A stretch of 32,000 nucleotides of DNA from Verrucomicrobiota bacterium (lineage in GTDB: Bacteria > Verrucomicrobiota > Verrucomicrobiia > Limisphaerales > UBA11358), in assembly GCA_049517655.1 (NCBI GenBank), contig JBEKRQ010000002.1, forward strand, positions 480,083 through 512,082. The letters are read 5' to 3'. The translations under genes and the position numbers were made by a program. The notes below the pieces were generated by a model. That model was not told the DNA's origin and did not search any database. It worked only from the letters and a program-made list of their open reading frames with translations. Below, piece after piece: positions 1 through 9,125 of this stretch. Each line of letters begins with the position of its first letter. Position 1 is the first letter of the stretch.

Positions 1-1054
1 AAGTTATATTGGTGGTGTAACTATTTATAAAGTTTGTGGTTGATATGCTTACATCATAAGGAAGTGAAGCGAGCCGAGGGGTATTATTGGAATTTTGGTA
101 ATAGGCGGTAACGGAGCCACTCGCGGAGTTGGAGACGATGATATCGGCCAGGTTGTAAAGATATTCCTGGCCCACGGCGGAATTCGCGTCCACGCCCGTC
201 GGCGGCAAAGCAAGAATGTCAGACGGGCTCGCCAGATTGGTTCCAAGTGGCATGGTCACTGCGTCCACAGCGAGGGAAGGAGAGTTGGTCGAGCCGTCCG
301 GTTTTAGGTAAATGACTTTAGGATTCGCTGTGACGGACTGGGAATCATCATTGGTGTTGCGACTATAGATAATGTTACTAGCCGTTGTTTCCACCGTGTC
401 ATTGAAGGTCAGGCTTACCCCGGGATCCGCCCAAATCTGGCCGTTGACGTGTGTTTTACCGTTGACCACCATGGCGACGCCAGGACAGATTTCCATGTTC
501 ATGTTGTAAAAAATGGCAAATTGAAAGATGGGAATGGAACAGAGTTGAAATTGTTGCCGAACTGTGGCTGGCACGCTGTATGGCTGGTTAATGGGAGTTG
601 CGGTGGAAGTGATAGTGCAATTCTGCACAGCGGCCCAAAGATTGGAATACGCTGAATTCACTGCATTTATGCGCGTCCAATTCGTGGTCCAAACAACAGG
701 GATGGTGATCACACCGGTTAGATTCGCATTACCCGCACCGTCACTGAATGAAAATTTGACCGGCCAGTTGGCCTGGTCGGCAGGAGTAGGATAATAGGGA
801 GTGTAGTAAATTGCGGGTTGAAGAGACTGGTTGAAGAAATCGCGTGACATTTGCGCGATGACACGTTCGGTGGCCGCTTCAGCCGCCGCCGTGCTCATGC
901 TGAACAAATTATTCCGCTCCGTTTGTTTGGCGCTGCTGTTGGTCCAGTCCATCATGCTCCCCAGCAGCAACAGCGCGATGCCGATAAATATAATCGTAAT
1001 CAACAGGGCGTAGCCTCGGTTGCTTTGTTTGGATTGTTTGAACGTCTTTTTCAT
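1..1054 (-). CDS. PilX-N/GspK-like large minor-pilin-associated protein, 3' partial (runs off the window)
   Basis: Hand translation shows no stop on the minus strand from ATG 1054..1052 to position 1. It is missing from the ORF track because it is truncated. GGAGG lies 5 nt upstream. The N-terminus MKKTFKQSKQSNRGYALLITIIFIGIALLLLGS is a basic stretch plus one hydrophobic helix. It sits directly downstream of two pseudopilin genes. Confidence 0.6.
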   Translation of the reverse strand, partial: MKKTFKQSKQSNRGYALLITIIFIGIALLLLGSMMDWTNSSAKQTERNNLFSMSTAAAEAATERVIAQMSRDFFNQSLQPAIYYTPYYPTPADQANWPVKFSFSDGAGNANLTGVITIPVVWTTNWTRINAVNSAYSNLWAAVQNCTITSTATPINQPYSVPATVRQQFQLCSIPIFQFAIFYNMNMEICPGVAMVVNGKTHVNGQIWADPGVSLTFNDTVETTASNIIYSRNTNDDSQSVTANPKVIYLKPDGSTNSPSLAVDAVTMPLGTNLASPSDILALPPTGVDANSAVGQEYLYNLADIIVSNSASGSVTAYYQNSNNTPRLASLPYDVSISTTNFINSYTTNIT

Positions 1055-1087
1055 GGCTGCCTCCGTTGTTTATAGTTTGAAAGCATT

Positions 1088-1702
1088 TCAATTTTGCATG
1101 CGTGGAGTCATCAGGGTTTGTAATGTGTAGTAATCGTAAGCACCAGTTGGGTCCGAGTAGGCCAGTTGCGAAAACTGCAATGTCATTTGGATGGTGTAAT
1201 GTTCTGTGCCGCTCGACACGATGTTGCTGCCCCGATAATCCTCCATTTGGAACACCACCCGGTTGATGACATTGGAAGCAATTAGCACAGGTCCACCGCC
1301 GTAGGGAAGCTGATAAAGGTTATAAAGATGGGCCGTATTTGTGGCTAGATAAAAGCGGATGTAGTTGATCGTTAAGTTCGTTGTGGGATAAATTTGCAGC
1401 GCATTGCCATTCGTGCCTGTAGTCGTGAACGAGGTTTTGTCCCCATTTCCGACTTGCACAAGGTTTGCTCCGCGGACTTGATTGCGAAGTTGATCCAGCA
1501 CTTTGAGGCTGTAGGCGGTGGACCTCAACTTGCTTGAAGTGAGGGAGTTCATCTTAAACCCGAAAATCTGCAGCGAAACCATTGCGAGCACGACCATCAA
1601 AAAAATCGCCATGGTGACCATCATTTCCGCGATGGTAAAAGCATGAGTGGCAGCCGCTTTGATGGGCGTCTTCCGCGACAAACTATCAGGTAACAATTTC
1701 AT
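1088..1702 (-). CDS. prepilin-type N-terminal cleavage/methylation domain protein (minor pseudopilin)
   Basis: THAFTIAEMMVTMAIFLMVVL matches the class-III signal/N-methylation motif. ATG 1702 shares one nt with the TAA of the upstream gene (TAATG coupling). The longest ORF start is 1720. Confidence 0.75.
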   Translation of the reverse strand: MKLLPDSLSRKTPIKAAATHAFTIAEMMVTMAIFLMVVLAMVSLQIFGFKMNSLTSSKLRSTAYSLKVLDQLRNQVRGANLVQVGNGDKTSFTTTGTNGNALQIYPTTNLTINYIRFYLATNTAHLYNLYQLPYGGGPVLIASNVINRVVFQMEDYRGSNIVSSGTEHYTIQMTLQFSQLAYSDPTGAYDYYTLQTLMTPRMQN

Positions 1703-2151
1703 TAGCGTTCTCCCCGCCATGTTATCACTGTGTTGGAAAATACCGCTGCATTATTAGTCCAGATCGCCGTGATCGGGAACTGCCACACACAGTCAACGCG
1801 AATTTGCCTCACCTGCGGATTGGGGCGAACACTTATGATGTTGACGTAATTTGTAACGATCACCGATTGACCGGTTCCTGGGATGAATATCGAATTTGTT
1901 CGAGTGTAGTTGTTGCCTAGTGCTTGAAGTTCGTTGTCTGTTGCCGCCCGGGTTTGTTCAGCCCATTGAGAAGCGAAAGATTGAGCCGCCAGCGACATCG
2001 CACTCCATTCCGCCCGTCGATCGGTTTGTATGTAGCTACAAAGCATCCCTCCCATCACCACTGCCAAAATGGCGATGGACATTACCACCTCCACCAGAGT
2101 GAATCCTGCACCCGCTTTCTGCTTGTTGTTTTGTCCAAAACGAGCCGTCAT
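1702..2151 (-). CDS. prepilin-type N-terminal cleavage/methylation domain protein (GspG/H-like pseudopilin)
   Basis: KAGAGFTLVEVVMSIAILAVV is a canonical G|FTLxE prepilin motif. Start taken at ATG 2151 (MTARFGQNNKQK...). The longest ORF extends to 2193. Confidence 0.75.
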   Translation of the reverse strand: MTARFGQNNKQKAGAGFTLVEVVMSIAILAVVMGGMLCSYIQTDRRAEWSAMSLAAQSFASQWAEQTRAATDNELQALGNNYTRTNSIFIPGTGQSVIVTNYVNIISVRPNPQVRQIRVDCVWQFPITAIWTNNAAVFSNTVITWRGER

Positions 2152-2217
2152 ACAAATGTCGGTAACGGGGCCATCTTGCCTGTCACTAACCAATGACTAC
2201 AGCAAGGGATATACCAC

Positions 2218-2244
2218 TATTTGGCGCCATTCAAGAAGGGGAAT
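2218..2244 (-). promoter_or_regulatory. candidate sigma70 promoter of the pseudopilin operon
   Basis: On the minus strand: TTGAAT (2244..2239), a 15-nt spacer, then TGgTATATC extended -10 (2226..2218). It lies about 65 nt upstream of ATG 2151. Pattern match only. Confidence 0.3.
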
Positions 2245-2346
2245 GGCCAATGGTGGGGCTGACGGCTGGGGGTGTCCTCTAATTTGACAAATCTGTCCGC
2301 AACATCGCTGCTCCGTTGTGAGCTCAATGGCGCAATCCACTGTGTT

Positions 2347-3048
2347 TTAATGCGCGACCGGGTTGACTGGCGGCGCTTTGATGAAATTGGTCGCCCGCAG
2401 GTAAATCGGCGCCAACTTGTCACCGGACACAAAATCATTTCGCCCGGCGACGAGTCGTCCCAATGTCCTCGCGTGTGGAAAAATGATGCGGCCCGACGGA
2501 AACCATCGGGTTGCCTCCGGGCCGATCAAAATATCGCCGGCGTTTGCGCGCGATTCAATTTCAGCCAAACCCATGATTTGCAGCGGCTCGATTTCCCTGC
2601 ACGCGCTCTGTGAAATTTCATATATCACCCGGTAAAGTTCATTTCGTTGCGCATCAATCACCACGTTCACGCGGCCGAAAATTTTTTCCAACCGCGCCTG
2701 TGCCGCAAGACACTCCGTGCTGCTGGCGCCAAGCAACTTTACGCCGCGCGCGAGTTGCCAGCCTTGTGCAATCGAAAGCGCAACGCGGATGCCCGTGTAA
2801 GAACCCGGCCCAAGCCCGATGGCAATGACGTCAATTTGTTCGCGCTCCAACCCCGCTTCGCGCAACACAGCCTCAATCATTCCCAGCGCTCGCGTCCCAC
2901 CCGCTTGCCGGGACGAAGCCCAGGCGTTTTGGCCGGGGCGAAGGCCAGCGCCGGTTTCGACGACTTCAGCTGCGACTTCGGTGTTGCCTGTGCGCACGAC
3001 CGCCACGCTTCGTTGCGGCGAGGAAAATTCAAGCGCCAAGATCGTCAT
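2347..3048 (-). CDS. tsaB: tRNA threonylcarbamoyladenosine (t6A) biosynthesis protein TsaB
   Basis: MTILALEFSS...IAIGLGPGSYTGIRVALSIAQGW is the typical TsaB core. Start taken at the internal ATG 3048. It overlaps the tsaE 3' end by 20 nt. Confidence 0.85.
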   Translation of the reverse strand: MTILALEFSSPQRSVAVVRTGNTEVAAEVVETGAGLRPGQNAWASSRQAGGTRALGMIEAVLREAGLEREQIDVIAIGLGPGSYTGIRVALSIAQGWQLARGVKLLGASSTECLAAQARLEKIFGRVNVVIDAQRNELYRVIYEISQSACREIEPLQIMGLAEIESRANAGDILIGPEATRWFPSGRIIFPHARTLGRLVAGRNDFVSGDKLAPIYLRATNFIKAPPVNPVAH

Positions 3049-3466
3049 AAACAATCCGCCGTTCCGTTTCGGCGACAATTTCAATTTTTACCAGGAGCCA
3101 ATTTTTACTTTTCACTCGGAATTCGTCATTCAACATTTTCTCCGCCCATTCAATGACTGTCACGCCGTCAGACCGTAAAAATTCCTCGAGTCCTGCCGCT
3201 GCGATTTGCTCCGGCGTTTCGAGCCGATACAAATCCAGATGAAACAATCGCAAGCGTCCGCCGCCGTATTCATTCACCAGCGTGAACGTCGGCGAATGCA
3301 CGCACGCCGCGATGCCGAGCCCGCGTGCAATGCCTTTAACCAATTGCGTCTTGCCCGCGCCGAGTTCGCCGGACAGCGCGATCACGCGTCCGCGCTGTGC
3401 CACGCGCCCCCACGATTCGCCGAGCGATTCAGTCTCGGCGGGGCTGTGCGAAATGAACGTAACCAT
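3029..3466 (-). CDS. tsaE: t6A biosynthesis ATPase TsaE
   Basis: Walker A motif LSGELGAGKTQLVKGIARGLG, followed by SPTFTLVNEY and LFHLDLYRL. These are TsaE hallmarks. Confidence 0.9.
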   Translation of the reverse strand: MVTFISHSPAETESLGESWGRVAQRGRVIALSGELGAGKTQLVKGIARGLGIAACVHSPTFTLVNEYGGGRLRLFHLDLYRLETPEQIAAAGLEEFLRSDGVTVIEWAEKMLNDEFRVKSKNWLLVKIEIVAETERRIVYDDLGA

Positions 3467-4376
3467 GCGCAGTCAAGGGTAGTATGGCGTCTTTGTCGCA
3501 AATGGTGACGCCTTCACCTGCCGTGATTTTCCCGATGCATCTCAGGCGCAGTTTAGGAAACTGTTTTTTCCATGCATCCAGCAATTTAACCGCATCACTG
3601 CTCGCAACCGTGAACAACAATTCAAAATCCTCGCCATCGGTGAGCGCGGCGACGAACGGCGGTTTCGTGAAGGGCTTTTTACGCGCTGTTTCCCTTGCCG
3701 CGCGGCTGATGGGAACAGCCGATTTCAATAATTCCGCGCCAACACGGCTGGATTTGAGCAAATGGCGCAAATCGCCCGCCAGCCCGTCGCTCAAGTCAAT
3801 CATTGCGTGAATACGGAAATTTTCTGCAAGCCAACGGGCTTCCTGCAAACGCGGCTCGAACTCCAAATGTTTGCCCGCAAGCGAACCGCCAAGTTCGCCG
3901 GTCACAAAAATCGCGTCGCCAACTTTTGCTCCGGAGCGAAGAATTTGTTTTCCACGTTTGATTGTTCCCAACAGCGCAACGGAAATAAAAATACGTTCGG
4001 GACTGGCCGTCGTTTCACCGCCGGTAATTGCCACGCCATGTTTTTTGGCCAGCGCGCTCATGCCATCGTAAATTTTTCCAACGGCCTCCGGCTCGAAATT
4101 TTCCGGCAATCCAATGGTCACCAATGCGGCGACCGGTGTTCCGGCCATTGCCGCGATGTCGCTGAAGCAACGCGCGAGCGCCTTGTGCCCGATTTTTTCC
4201 GGTGGTGAATCTTTCCTGAAATGGATTCCTTCAACGACTGCGTCCGTTTTGAACAAAAACAATTTGTCCGGCACGCCAAAATCAAGCACGGCGCAATCGT
4301 CGCCCGCGCCCACCACGACGTTTTGATTCGCCGGCAGCGATTTCGTCAGACGTGCAATGAGTTCGAATTCATTCAT
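3429..4376 (-). CDS. thiL: thiamine-monophosphate kinase
   Basis: MNEFELIARLT...VGAGDDCAVLDF...TDAVVEGIHF matches the ThiL/AIR-synthase-like fold signature. ATGA overlap with the upstream gene. Confidence 0.9.
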   Translation of the reverse strand: MNEFELIARLTKSLPANQNVVVGAGDDCAVLDFGVPDKLFLFKTDAVVEGIHFRKDSPPEKIGHKALARCFSDIAAMAGTPVAALVTIGLPENFEPEAVGKIYDGMSALAKKHGVAITGGETTASPERIFISVALLGTIKRGKQILRSGAKVGDAIFVTGELGGSLAGKHLEFEPRLQEARWLAENFRIHAMIDLSDGLAGDLRHLLKSSRVGAELLKSAVPISRAARETARKKPFTKPPFVAALTDGEDFELLFTVASSDAVKLLDAWKKQFPKLRLRCIGKITAGEGVTICDKDAILPLTAHGYVHFAQPRRD

Positions 4377-5101
4377 TCGTGAATGCGGAAATTTCCCGCG
4401 AGTAGCAGCACGAAATTCGCCGCGTTGAACAGCGCGTGCGCGGCAATGGGCGCGAACAGATTATCTGTGTATTCGTAAAGCCATGTCAGCGCCAGCGCCA
4501 GCGCAAACAGAGGCACGAATGTCGCCGCGTCCCAATGAATCAGTGCGAACAAAAAGCTGACGCCGAGCCACGCCAGCCGCGGGTAGCCGCTTTGCTTGAC
4601 GGACGGATACAACATGCCGCGAAAAATGAATTCCTCGGCCACCGGCGCGATCACCACGGTGAACACGCCGAGATAGGCACACAGCCACCACTCTTTTGCG
4701 TTGGCCAGCACCATCACGGCGGTTTCATTTTCGGGTTGCCAGCCGATTTTTGTCAGCGCATGCACGGACGCGCTTTGCAACAGCCACGCCACCGGCAGAA
4801 TCGCGCACACAACCAGCACCGCCAGGAACCAGGCGTGGTTCAATCCCGGCTCGCGAAAACCAAACGCATCACGCCAGTTCACGTGATGTTGCCGCAGAAA
4901 AATCGAAATCAACACCCACGCTGCACCTTGAAAAGCCAGTGTGCCGAGCAGCACCGCGCCGGGACCGGCCGGCGGTTGGAATGCGGCGAACCCGGCCTTT
5001 TGCAGCAGGCCGACCATTGCCACTCCAAGACAAAGACTGATGAGTTGGGCCGCGCAAAACCAGATTACAACTTCCAGTCGCCACGGTTTGGCGGATAGCA
5101 T
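4373..5101 (-). CDS. CPBP family intramembrane glutamic endopeptidase (CAAX protease-like)
   Basis: Multi-TM protein with APVAEEFIFRGMLY, FALIHW and AAHALFNAANF, which are CPBP motifs 1-3. Confidence 0.85.
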   Translation of the reverse strand: MLSAKPWRLEVVIWFCAAQLISLCLGVAMVGLLQKAGFAAFQPPAGPGAVLLGTLAFQGAAWVLISIFLRQHHVNWRDAFGFREPGLNHAWFLAVLVVCAILPVAWLLQSASVHALTKIGWQPENETAVMVLANAKEWWLCAYLGVFTVVIAPVAEEFIFRGMLYPSVKQSGYPRLAWLGVSFLFALIHWDAATFVPLFALALALTWLYEYTDNLFAPIAAHALFNAANFVLLLAGNFRIHE

Positions 5102-5245
5102 GCTGCCAGCCTAGCGCAGCCGTATGCCAGTGACGACGCAAAACTAGGTCCTGGCTTGATTCACTTTGCACTGGCAAAACGTGTCAGCCGCCGGCGGGTA
5201 AAGCTGAAAATGTGAAAGAATTATTGAGGTAACTGTCGGACGAAA

Positions 5246-5647
5246 TCAGTCATCAGACTGCGGCCGTTCTTGCTGTCTGTTGCGCGGCTGCTGAATTTTC
5301 CGCAACGCACGCCGCAGCGATTCGATTTCGCGTTCATCGGCGGATTTCTGGCGTTCAGCCAGCTCGACGAGTTCGAGCACTTCTTCCATTTGTTCCAACA
5401 CCTGTTTGAGTGACTCGACAATTTGCGTCACTTCTTCAACGGCTTGGCTGATGGCGGAAGAAACAGTTGCGTTTTTGGGTTCCGGCAAAGCAGCCGCGCC
5501 CGGCAGTGGTGAAGTCTGGGGAATTTGTCCGGTCCGACGCCGGCCGCGTCCGCGTCCACCGCGAGGAATCCGCTGTTGTCCGCCGCCTGAATTCCGCGGC
5601 TGCGCTGGAAAATTCGATTCCGTTTGTTGTTTTTCCGGCGAGGGCAT
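5246..5647 (-). CDS. hypothetical protein with an RG-rich N-terminal half and an acidic coiled-coil C-terminal half
   Basis: ORF starts at ATG 5647 (MPSPEKQQ...). It contains IPRGGRGRGRRRTG and then AISQAVEEVTQIVESLKQVLEQMEEVLELVELAERQK. No family recognised. It lies in a GC-rich region where spurious ORFs are common. Confidence 0.45.
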   Translation of the reverse strand: MPSPEKQQTESNFPAQPRNSGGGQQRIPRGGRGRGRRRTGQIPQTSPLPGAAALPEPKNATVSSAISQAVEEVTQIVESLKQVLEQMEEVLELVELAERQKSADEREIESLRRALRKIQQPRNRQQERPQSDD

Positions 5648-5699
5648 TTCCGGGCGTGAGCATGACGCGCCGCCGGAGAAAAGCAATGGCGAATTGGAA

Positions 5700-6887
5700 T
5701 CACTTTTTCACAAACAGGGCAAGCGACGCGGTGTGGCGGTGCAGAAAATTTTTTTGGCCGACGGGACCGATTTCGCCGTTGCAGAAAAATCCGGCGAGTC
5801 CGAGTGGGCCGAGTTGCTTTTTTACCAACTCGGCGTCGTGGTTTGGGCGCCCGAAAAGATTTTGGCCGCGACCATTGCAGCAGCAGAGGCAACCGCCGTA
5901 AATCGTCGAGTCGGCGAGTTGTTTTTTTGCGCGCGACAGCAGTTCGTTCATGTCCTCGGTCGCCGCCACCGCGTCGCGCCGCTGGAATTGCATGGTCTGC
6001 CCCGCGCGCGGCATCGCACCGACGGCCAGCACGCCGGAGTTTGGGTCGCCGCCGATGAGATTGCGCACGAGAAAATCGCCGCGATGAAAATCTTCGAGAT
6101 ATTCATTGGCAACAAGGCCAATGAACAAATTACCGCGTGCCTTTTGTTGTTCAGCAAGAGGAAGTTTTTGGAACGTCTCCGCAAGCACGGCATAGGCGGG
6201 GCGGTTGGCGATTTGGCGAATCAAATTGTGTTCGACGCGCGTGAGCGTCCACGTCTCGCCGATGGGCGTGCAGCCTTGCGAAATGACACTCGCCAATTTC
6301 ACGTCGCCGCCAAAGGAAACGGCCACGCCGCCGTCCTCGAACACATCGCCGTTCAAGTAGACTTGGGTCGTCTGGTCTGAAAAAGCGCCACCGGCCAGAC
6401 CGCCGAGCGCGGGCAACGGTGCGTAGGCTTCATTCCAGGAGCGAAGCCAACTTTCCGCATCGAGATGAAACGGGTCAATGAACACAAGCCAGCCGTTCGA
6501 GCGCTTTGGTTCGACGCTGGTTTCCAAATACCAGTAGGCCGTGCCGTCAGCTTCTTCGACTTGTTTTTGGGTGAAACGGAAGCCTTTCAATTCCGCCCCC
6601 GGCAATGAATAAAGCGCGAGCACAAATCCCGACGCTCCTTCAATTTCCTGCGAGTCGGCAATCAATCCCGTGCTGGAACAGCCCGCGAGCAGCGGAATCC
6701 GGGCATGCACGCGCAAAATTTCCAGCGTCTGCCGCGCGTGCGGAAAAAATTTCGGCGACATGAAAATGAGGCCGAGCGAAACCTGCGCCGCGGGAAGTTG
6801 CGCGCGCAAATTCTCCGCCCACTGCCGCAGTTCGGTTTCATTGAAACCGCCCGGCCAGTGCGCGGCGATGGAAAATTCGTTGTTCAC
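5700..6887 (-). CDS. FIST (N+C) domain signal-transduction protein
   Basis: 395 aa with the typical FIST layout (..LGLIFMSPKF.., ..GGLAGG.., ..GFFCNGEIGPVG..). Confidence 0.75.
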   Translation of the reverse strand: MNNEFSIAAHWPGGFNETELRQWAENLRAQLPAAQVSLGLIFMSPKFFPHARQTLEILRVHARIPLLAGCSSTGLIADSQEIEGASGFVLALYSLPGAELKGFRFTQKQVEEADGTAYWYLETSVEPKRSNGWLVFIDPFHLDAESWLRSWNEAYAPLPALGGLAGGAFSDQTTQVYLNGDVFEDGGVAVSFGGDVKLASVISQGCTPIGETWTLTRVEHNLIRQIANRPAYAVLAETFQKLPLAEQQKARGNLFIGLVANEYLEDFHRGDFLVRNLIGGDPNSGVLAVGAMPRAGQTMQFQRRDAVAATEDMNELLSRAKKQLADSTIYGGCLCCCNGRGQNLFGRPNHDAELVKKQLGPLGLAGFFCNGEIGPVGQKNFLHRHTASLALFVKK

Positions 6888-6891
6888 GGCA

Positions 6892-8190
6892 CTACTTCAA
6901 CCATGCCACAATTTTTTCCCCCGACCAAATTTCCTTGACCGGCTGGCGTTCGCGCGCGATGGCGGCGCGTTTGCCGTTCACCAGAATTTCGGCGGCGAGC
7001 GGACGCGTGTTGTAGTTCGACGCCATGACAAAACCATACGCGCCCGCGCTCAACAGCGCGAGATAATCGCCCTCGCTGACCACCGGCAACAGTCGATCTT
7101 TGCAAAAATAGTCGCCGGATTCGCAAATCGGTCCAACGACGTCGGATTTCACCAACGCGCCACTTTTGCGCGTGAGCGGAATGATTTCGTGATAGGCGTC
7201 GTAAAACGCCGGGCGAATCAGGTCGTTCATTGCCGCGTCCACGATGGTGAAATTTTTCCGGCCGGTTTTTTTCACGAACTCAACGCGCGTGACCAAGATG
7301 CCCGCGTTGCCGGAAATGAAACGTCCCGGCTCAATCAAAATTCGCAAACCAAGCGGTCGGAGCAGCGGTACAAGCCGCGCGGCATATTTGGCCGGAGTCA
7401 AAACATCTTTTGCCCCGCGTCCATCCCACCACGACAATTGGCCGCTGGCGAGCGCGGATTGGTAAATAATGCCCAGCCCGCCGCCGATGCTGAAAAATTC
7501 CAATCCATGTCTTGCTTTCAGTTTTTCAACGAGCGGCAACACTTTGCGCACGGCCTTTTCAAACGGCGCGACTTCCGTGATTTGCGAGCCGATGTGCATT
7601 TGCAATCCGCGCAGCCGGAGATTTTTCAATTTGGCGGCACGCGCATAAACACCGCCGATTTTCTCGAGCGCAATGCCGAATTTGTTTTCGTAAGTGCCGG
7701 TGGTGATTTTCGCGTGCGTTTTGGCCTCCACGTTCGGATTTACCCGAATGGCGACCGGTGCGATTTTTTTCAACCGCGCCGCGATGCGATTGATGCGCTG
7801 CAATTCCGGTTCGCTTTCAGCGTTGAGCGAATAAACATTCTGCCGCAGCGCAAATTCAATTTCGTCCCCCGTTTTTCCAACGCCGGCGAAAACGCACTGG
7901 CGCGGGTCGCCGCCCGCCGCGATGACGCGCCTCAATTCGCCTCCGCTGACAACGTCGAATCCGCTGCTGAGCCGCGCGAGCGCGCGCAGCACGGACAGAT
8001 TGGAATTGGATTTGACGGCGAAACAAACGAGGTGTTCCACCGGCGACATCGCAGCATCGAGTTTTTGGAAGTGGCCGGTCAGCGTGCGCTGCGAATAAAC
8101 ATAAAGCGGCGTGCCAAATTTTCTGGCGAGCGCCTCGACGGCGACACCTTCGCAAAACAAATTCCGGCCGATGTAACGAAAGTCATGCAT
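6892..8190 (-). CDS. lysA: diaminopimelate decarboxylase
   Basis: TPLYVYS...CFAVKSNSNLSVL..., HIGSQI, GGGLGI, ESGD and YNTRP are characteristic LysA/fold-III PLP decarboxylase motifs. Confidence 0.95.
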   Translation of the reverse strand: MHDFRYIGRNLFCEGVAVEALARKFGTPLYVYSQRTLTGHFQKLDAAMSPVEHLVCFAVKSNSNLSVLRALARLSSGFDVVSGGELRRVIAAGGDPRQCVFAGVGKTGDEIEFALRQNVYSLNAESEPELQRINRIAARLKKIAPVAIRVNPNVEAKTHAKITTGTYENKFGIALEKIGGVYARAAKLKNLRLRGLQMHIGSQITEVAPFEKAVRKVLPLVEKLKARHGLEFFSIGGGLGIIYQSALASGQLSWWDGRGAKDVLTPAKYAARLVPLLRPLGLRILIEPGRFISGNAGILVTRVEFVKKTGRKNFTIVDAAMNDLIRPAFYDAYHEIIPLTRKSGALVKSDVVGPICESGDYFCKDRLLPVVSEGDYLALLSAGAYGFVMASNYNTRPLAAEILVNGKRAAIARERQPVKEIWSGEKIVAWLK

Positions 8191-8226
8191 GACGATTGCA
8201 GTCTAAAATTCGTGGCGTGTCATGGC

Positions 8227-8259
8227 AAAGAAAAAGCCCGCCGGCAAAAACCGGCGGGC
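8227..8259 (-). terminator. Rho-independent terminator of the Pro/Thr-rich protein gene
   Basis: Perfect 9-bp GC stem (8236-8244 / 8251-8259) with a 6-nt loop. On the minus strand it is followed by TTTTTCTTT. It lies 18 nt after the stop at 8277. Confidence 0.8.
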
Positions 8260-8276
8260 AAGGGCGTAAATCCATT

Positions 8277-9116
8277 TTACGGATCAGCCAGAATTTTTGC
8301 GCGCTCGGTTTGGTATTGTCCGGCTGTGATGGCATTGGCCTCATATTTCTCCAGCAAGGCGTTGAGTTGGGTTTGTTTGTCGGTGGAAATAGGCAGCGGT
8401 GGCGCCACAATTGGTTGCATCTCCGGTTCCTTTACAATGTTAGGCACTGCATTTGTTTGGGGCGCATTGGCTGTTTGGGGCACCTTGGCCTTTTTGTGCG
8501 CTTTGGCTTTTTTCGCCGGTTTGGCGGGAGCGGGCTGAACCTCGGACATGGCTGGCCCCGGCGTTTGAACAGGAGCAATGCCGGGTTCGGGGACTGCTTG
8601 TGGATTTTCCACCGGCGCTGGTGCAACCGTTTCGGCAGGTGCGTTGGTTTCAGTTGTTGGTGGCTGCGTTTCAGCCGGCGGCGCAGGTGTCGGGGCAACT
8701 GTGTTCGTTGTGGTCGTCGTCTCGGGAGTTGCCGGCGCTGGAGTTGCCGGCCGATTTTCTGTCGGCGCTGGCGCAACCGTTTCGGCGGGTGCGTTGATTT
8801 CAGTTGTTGTTATTGTTGTTGTTGTTGTTGTTGCCGGTCGATTTTCCGCCGATGCTGGCGCAACCATTTTGGCAGGTGCGTTGGTCTCAGTTGTTGTTGT
8901 TGTTGTTGTTGTTATTGTTGCCAGCCGATTTTCCGCCAGTGGCGGAGGAACAATTGGAGCCATGTTGGTTTCGGGAATGGCTGCCGAAGTGACGGTCGGC
9001 TGATTTGGTTGTTCGGGCGCAGCGGCTGGGGCGGGATTGTCATCCGCGCGAACAGTGATGAAGCTTACACAAAAAGCGACCGCGCAAACTGCGGAAAACC
9101 ACTTGAAAATTTGCAT
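8277..9116 (-). CDS. secreted Pro/Thr/Ala-rich tandem-repeat protein with a SHOCT-like C-terminal helix pair
   Basis: Signal peptide MQIFKWFSAVCAVAFCVSFITVRA. Repeats of ENRPATTTTTTTTTETNAPAETVAPAP. C-terminus LNALLEKYEANAITAGQYQTERAKILA resembles a SHOCT motif. Starts 9 nt after the upstream stop. Confidence 0.7.
   Translation of the reverse strand: MQIFKWFSAVCAVAFCVSFITVRADDNPAPAAAPEQPNQPTVTSAAIPETNMAPIVPPPLAENRLATITTTTTTTTETNAPAKMVAPASAENRPATTTTTTITTTEINAPAETVAPAPTENRPATPAPATPETTTTTNTVAPTPAPPAETQPPTTETNAPAETVAPAPVENPQAVPEPGIAPVQTPGPAMSEVQPAPAKPAKKAKAHKKAKVPQTANAPQTNAVPNIVKEPEMQPIVAPPLPISTDKQTQLNALLEKYEANAITAGQYQTERAKILADP
8746..8948. repeat. 87-bp (29-codon) intragenic tandem repeat containing (GTT)n tracts
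   Basis: Complete units at 8746-8832 and 8833-8919, plus a partial third. Degenerate copies extend back to about 8590. The GTT runs are read as ACA (Thr) on the coding strand. Confidence 0.85.
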
Positions 9117-9125
9117 GTTTTTCTT

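Noticed and set aside
6670-8538. 622-aa plus-strand ORF, the longest in the track
   Set aside because: It is antisense to lysA and the FIST gene. Its composition is Arg/Ala/Gly-rich with no motifs, which is typical of shadow ORFs in GC-rich DNA. The opposite strand carries unmistakable LysA motifs.
8590-8950. Possible CRISPR array (regular repeats)
   Set aside because: The repeats are contiguous 87-bp units with no unique spacers. They lie inside an intact ORF and encode a Pro/Thr repeat. No cas genes are in the window.
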